64,000 bases of DNA from Moniliella sp. 'wahieum' (lineage: Eukaryota): contig RSEE01000007.1 of NCBI GenBank assembly GCA_003971905.1, forward strand, positions 1,116,001 to 1,180,000, read 5' to 3'. This document shows, piece by piece, positions 60,253 to 64,000 of the stretch. The position numbers and the translations under genes were made by a program. The notes beneath the pieces were generated by a model. It was not told the DNA's origin and searched no databases. It saw only the letters and a list, made by a program, of their open reading frames with translations. How positions within the stretch are numbered: the stretch's first letter is position 1; every line of letters starts with the position of its first letter.

Positions 60253-60309
60253 TGACGTAAGCGGTGCCTCCGCAGCCGGCAGGGCAGCAAGCAAAGAGGG
60301 ATGACGTAA
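60253..60309. promoter_or_regulatory. Two CRE/ATF-like TGACGTAA sites upstream of eIF5
   Basis: Identical TGACGTAA at 60253-60260 and 60302-60309, same orientation, 49 bp apart. Confidence 0.45.
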
Positions 60310-61348
60310 CCCGCCCATCACATTCATGCCCAGGAAGCAGTCGGCATTGAATTGGCGGCGCTAAAAGAAAAACAAACCACAGTGGCTCCTGCACCAACGC
60401 TGCCCCCCACCACCCTCCTTTGAACAGGTCCCCGACACAGCTGCTGGGACACCGTCCGAACGGTCTGTATCCTGTTCAATGTTTTCGGCGCCGTTGCATT
60501 GTTTTGTTTTTATGTCCCCTTCGGTGACAATACTTTTGTTCCAAGGAAGATATACGCACACTTTTCGTTTCACCCCCCTGCTCTCATTTTTCTATCAGCG
60601 AGTTTCATTCACACTGAGATGGAAGGACTGACACTCCGAATCTTTTCTCGGTAGTGGATGGCATCAGTCTGCAGAGTATTATATCTAGTGCAACCAATAT
60701 GGCAGCTGGTGTGGCACGCACGATCCACACGGCGCAACAAGATCTACTGAGATTGCGCAATTCGAATCTCTGAGACTGGACGGCCCAGGTGCATGTCTTG
60801 TTGCCCATTCTTACTTTCGAAGCAAAACCACACAGGCACTCTCCTCGGAGAGTGCCAGAGCGCTGTGCTCCTCCAAACGGATATAACCCTCACCCGACGG
60901 AAGAGCAATGGTAAACTTTTGGCCGATCCCTTTCACTGACTTTTACGCGGCGTCGCGCTGCCGCCTTCCCGCTCCAGCGCATATAGACAAACGCCGTCTT
61001 GGGACAGCAACGCTCGATGTACGCCTCGTTAACCAGGTCTCCATCTCACACTCTTCCACCGCCCGCCCGAGGCAATCCCCTGAGAGGGCCCCGTCATTGT
61101 ATCATGTTACCATATCGATGTCCATTTCATCCTGCGTCAATGCCTCTTCTCCACGCGAGGGTGGTGGAGCTGCTCCACCACGGCATCCTCTGCCGTGCAC
61201 GTTCTTCATCGCCTAGTCCGCATCCGGTCGTGTGTCGGACAGGTGCCTGGTTATGTAAGGCGATCCCACACCAGAGTACCCCACGCTCTTCTTCTATCCA
61301 GGTCGCCTACCCAAGACGATCCATCACAGGGTACAAATCCAGCCAGGA

Positions 61349-61351
<3 letters not shown>

Positions 61352-61406
<55 letters not shown>
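61352..61406. repeat. Poly-G homopolymer (~55 nt)
   Basis: Uninterrupted G run. Confidence 0.95.
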
Positions 61407-61407
<1 letters not shown>

Positions 61408-61519
61408 GGTACCAACCGCTCACGGAGGTGGACCACAAACCGCAGCCGCGGCACCATGTTTATGTAGTTGTCGGGCAGCAGCATCCTTCTCCTTCCATCC
61501 GAAAGAGGTTCATTCCATT

Positions 61520-64000
61520 GGTCTAGACGACCATCCGTCCATCACCCTCCTTAGTTGTCTGAGGGGCCGGGTTAGCCAAGAGCCTTGCTGTGGCACAATT
61601 GTGGGGTTTACGAAGGATGGGCTTAATGGGTTGGGAGGTAGCGTTGAGGCGCGATGTTCCAGTCCTACAGTGGAACGCGTAGCCGGTATCGCCATCGCGT
61701 TCCAGCATGCTGTACAGGTTCCATGTCACGCTCGCTTGCTTCCGGAGCGTGTTCTCATCCGATCGGTGGAGTCTACCGAGGCATTCAGCAAGTTTAGTTG
61801 TTCCATGAATGCGGTGTGCAGGTCGTGCTCGTCCAACCGTGAGGTCATGCCCATCACGTAGCCAAAAGGAGGCTTATTATTGCTCTGCAAAGGACAAACA
61901 TGCCCGTCGGGTCAAGACGCAGTGGCCCCAATGATCTGGTCCGTGGCTTGCAGGCACGAAAAGGCACATACACGTCCGGTTCAATCCACCGTCGGGTCAT
62001 AGTATGTGCCTCCTCATTGGGCAACACGCAAACGAAAGCGAAAGGGGAAGGTGGTGAACGTGATTTCCTCCCCTGCCTGGCATGGGTCCAATCCAGCACA
62101 TTTACAAACAACACACCTCCGAATGGCTGCCACCAAATATTACCTCGGGACGCAGCTCGCAACCATGCCGTCCACATCTCTTCCAAAAACTCCTGCGACG
62201 AGGCAGCACATGTGGCCTATCCATCAGTGCTAACATCCACCGGCGCCCCGCCGTGGCCGCTGTTGGGGCCAATGGGTGCGATGCTTTGCACCCAAAGTGC
62301 CCAGTTTTGGAAGAATCATTTTCCTGCTGGGCCCGGCTGTGCGCATGCTGAGACGCTAGCGCCTTTGTTGGAAAACGCGCTGCGTATTATTAGTCTTTAT
62401 CTCTCTGAAAAGCTCCCCTATCCCGTGTTGATCCCTTTTAGGAGGCCGATCCCTTCAGTCTGTAAGCCCCTGCTATCTACGGTTTGCTAGTTGTGGTCTC
62501 CTTATCAACCCTCCTCTGTTCCTTACCCGTTGTTTACCAACCAACCTCTCTCCAACTTTGCTTAGCATCTCGCCCGCCCTCTCACCTTCTCCCACATACT
62601 ACGCATTTACTACTACACCGACGCCGGCTAAGGACTGGTTATTGTACCCATCCCTGCTCACGATAGGACGTGACTTGTCTCCAGGAATCTTCCACGACTG
62701 AATCTCATTCTTCTGTGAAAAGTCAGTTACTCTGGTCTGCAGGGACACTCTCCAGTCGGTTCAGCTTGCCACATGCCCCTTTACCCCATTCACGTTTTCC
62801 TCGGCGTTTCGTAGGAAGTTTCCTTGATGTGGGGCCCAGTTCGAAACGGAATGCGATGCTCATCACATGCGGCAGGGAAATATCGGTGCCAGCGTCTCAC
62901 TAAGATTAGCCATAATCAGGAAACCTCCATCTACTGCGGTACCTCATGCCACGCGTAGAGGCATGATCTCCATCCAGACGTCCATCCACGTAGGTATTTC
63001 ACTCCATTGTGGGTCCCTCTCCGCAGAGAGGGTCTCCTTCCACGAACTACGCAACCAATCGTGACGCTTCCGAGTCCTTAGGTACTCGCGTATCTCGCAC
63101 ACCTTGTTGCCAGTAGAAAGCGCTCGGAGGCCAGACGAGTACGCACGTGGCCGTGACCCTGTGGGCTCAGCCGTGCCAACATAGTCTCCCCCCAATCGCT
63201 TGTTGCCAGCGTCGAGGTTGTACGTCAAGTAGGGACGGCCTGTTTTCAAGTAGGACGCTCCCCCGTGCAAGAAGTACGTGTAGGCAATCAGTCGCTGGGC
63301 GGCTGCTGCCCACGGTGCATCCGAGCTTTCATGATGGTCCGTAAGCAGAACCATCTTCTGCCAGCCTCCTTCAGGCCCTTGATTGCCTGCTCCCTGCACC
63401 ACACACAGCAGAATGGAACCTCTTGTCCTCACCACCATTCGCATGGTTGTAGTGATTATAGGTTGGACCATTTGTCCGGGGAAAGGCTGAGAATTTTTGC
63501 CAAACCAACTGCGTCTCGGTAAGACCATTTGCACGGTGCAACTGTCGGCGACCAACTCAATTAACTGGTCCCCTCCGTCATCTGCGCAGTTCCACTCACA
63601 AACAACTCATTTGACAGTTTCGCTTTCGTTCGCCCGTATGACTGGTTGCGGTTGTTGCATCTCCCCGATTCGAGGGCGTTGCCACAGAACCACCATGGAC
63701 CCCATTCTGATATCAGTGATCGCAGGATGTTCCACGACGACCCCGACCGCGACTCATCCCTGCTGTCTGAAGGCGAGAGACCCCGCTTATCAGTGATACC
63801 AGTGATACCAGCCTGTTTGGCGATATCCAGACGGCCTGGGACTGAAGTAAGACAGTTCGGCGGAAATTTGGACAGTAACTCATCAAAATTTCGAAGAGAT
63901 CATGATGGGAGATATCAAGTTTCGAAGAAGTCATGGATAGGGTTGGCATGCAGAACTAACGGGAGACGATGTTTTGGAAGGGATCCGGGATTTCACGACA
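61520..64000 (-). other. Probable multi-exon orphan coding region, product unknown, may start outside the window
   Basis: Colinear minus-strand ORFs with protein-like content (63713-63949; 62944-63555, 203 aa; 61854-62186; RLDEHDLHTAFMEQLNLLNAS) and intron-like signals (GCTAAT-CTTAG near 62900-62915). Confidence 0.35.

Overview
Eukaryotic (fungal) genomic DNA, most likely a basidiomycete of the Ustilaginomycotina. This assignment is inferred from GC-rich, intron-poor genes with GTACGT/GTAAGT...CTRAC...YAG introns, a CalA-type lipase and a repellent-like secreted protein. The assembly carries many 1-nt indels that break even essential genes, so most CDSs had to be stitched across frames and their boundaries are approximate. 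Recognisable genes in order: HSF-domain transcription factor (-), SDR dehydrogenase (+), BadF/GlcNAc-kinase-like ATPase (+), dual-specificity phosphatase (+), succinyl-CoA ligase beta (-), secreted Ser-rich repeat protein (+), secreted LIP/CalA lipase (+), divergent RPL30/RPL37 pair, DBP10 (+), IDO/PrnB-like heme enzyme (-), KRE6/SKN1 GH16 (+), intron-containing tRNA-Ala(CGC), VTT/TMEM41-like membrane protein (-), proteasome alpha-4 (-), an unusual Nup98-like paralog (+), TAF1 (+) and eIF5 (-). The most interesting observations are: (1) a Nup98-like protein with three GLEBS motifs, no FG repeats and a non-cleaving C-terminal domain; (2) a window-wide intergenic pattern of 7-bp-period repeats built from different A....T hexameric palindromes joined by T-N-A; (3) a Kex2/repellent-like peptide precursor; (4) an orphan IDO/PrnB-like enzyme; (5) a splice-dependent overlapping uORF on eIF5; and (6) a degenerate 74-bp tandem array.
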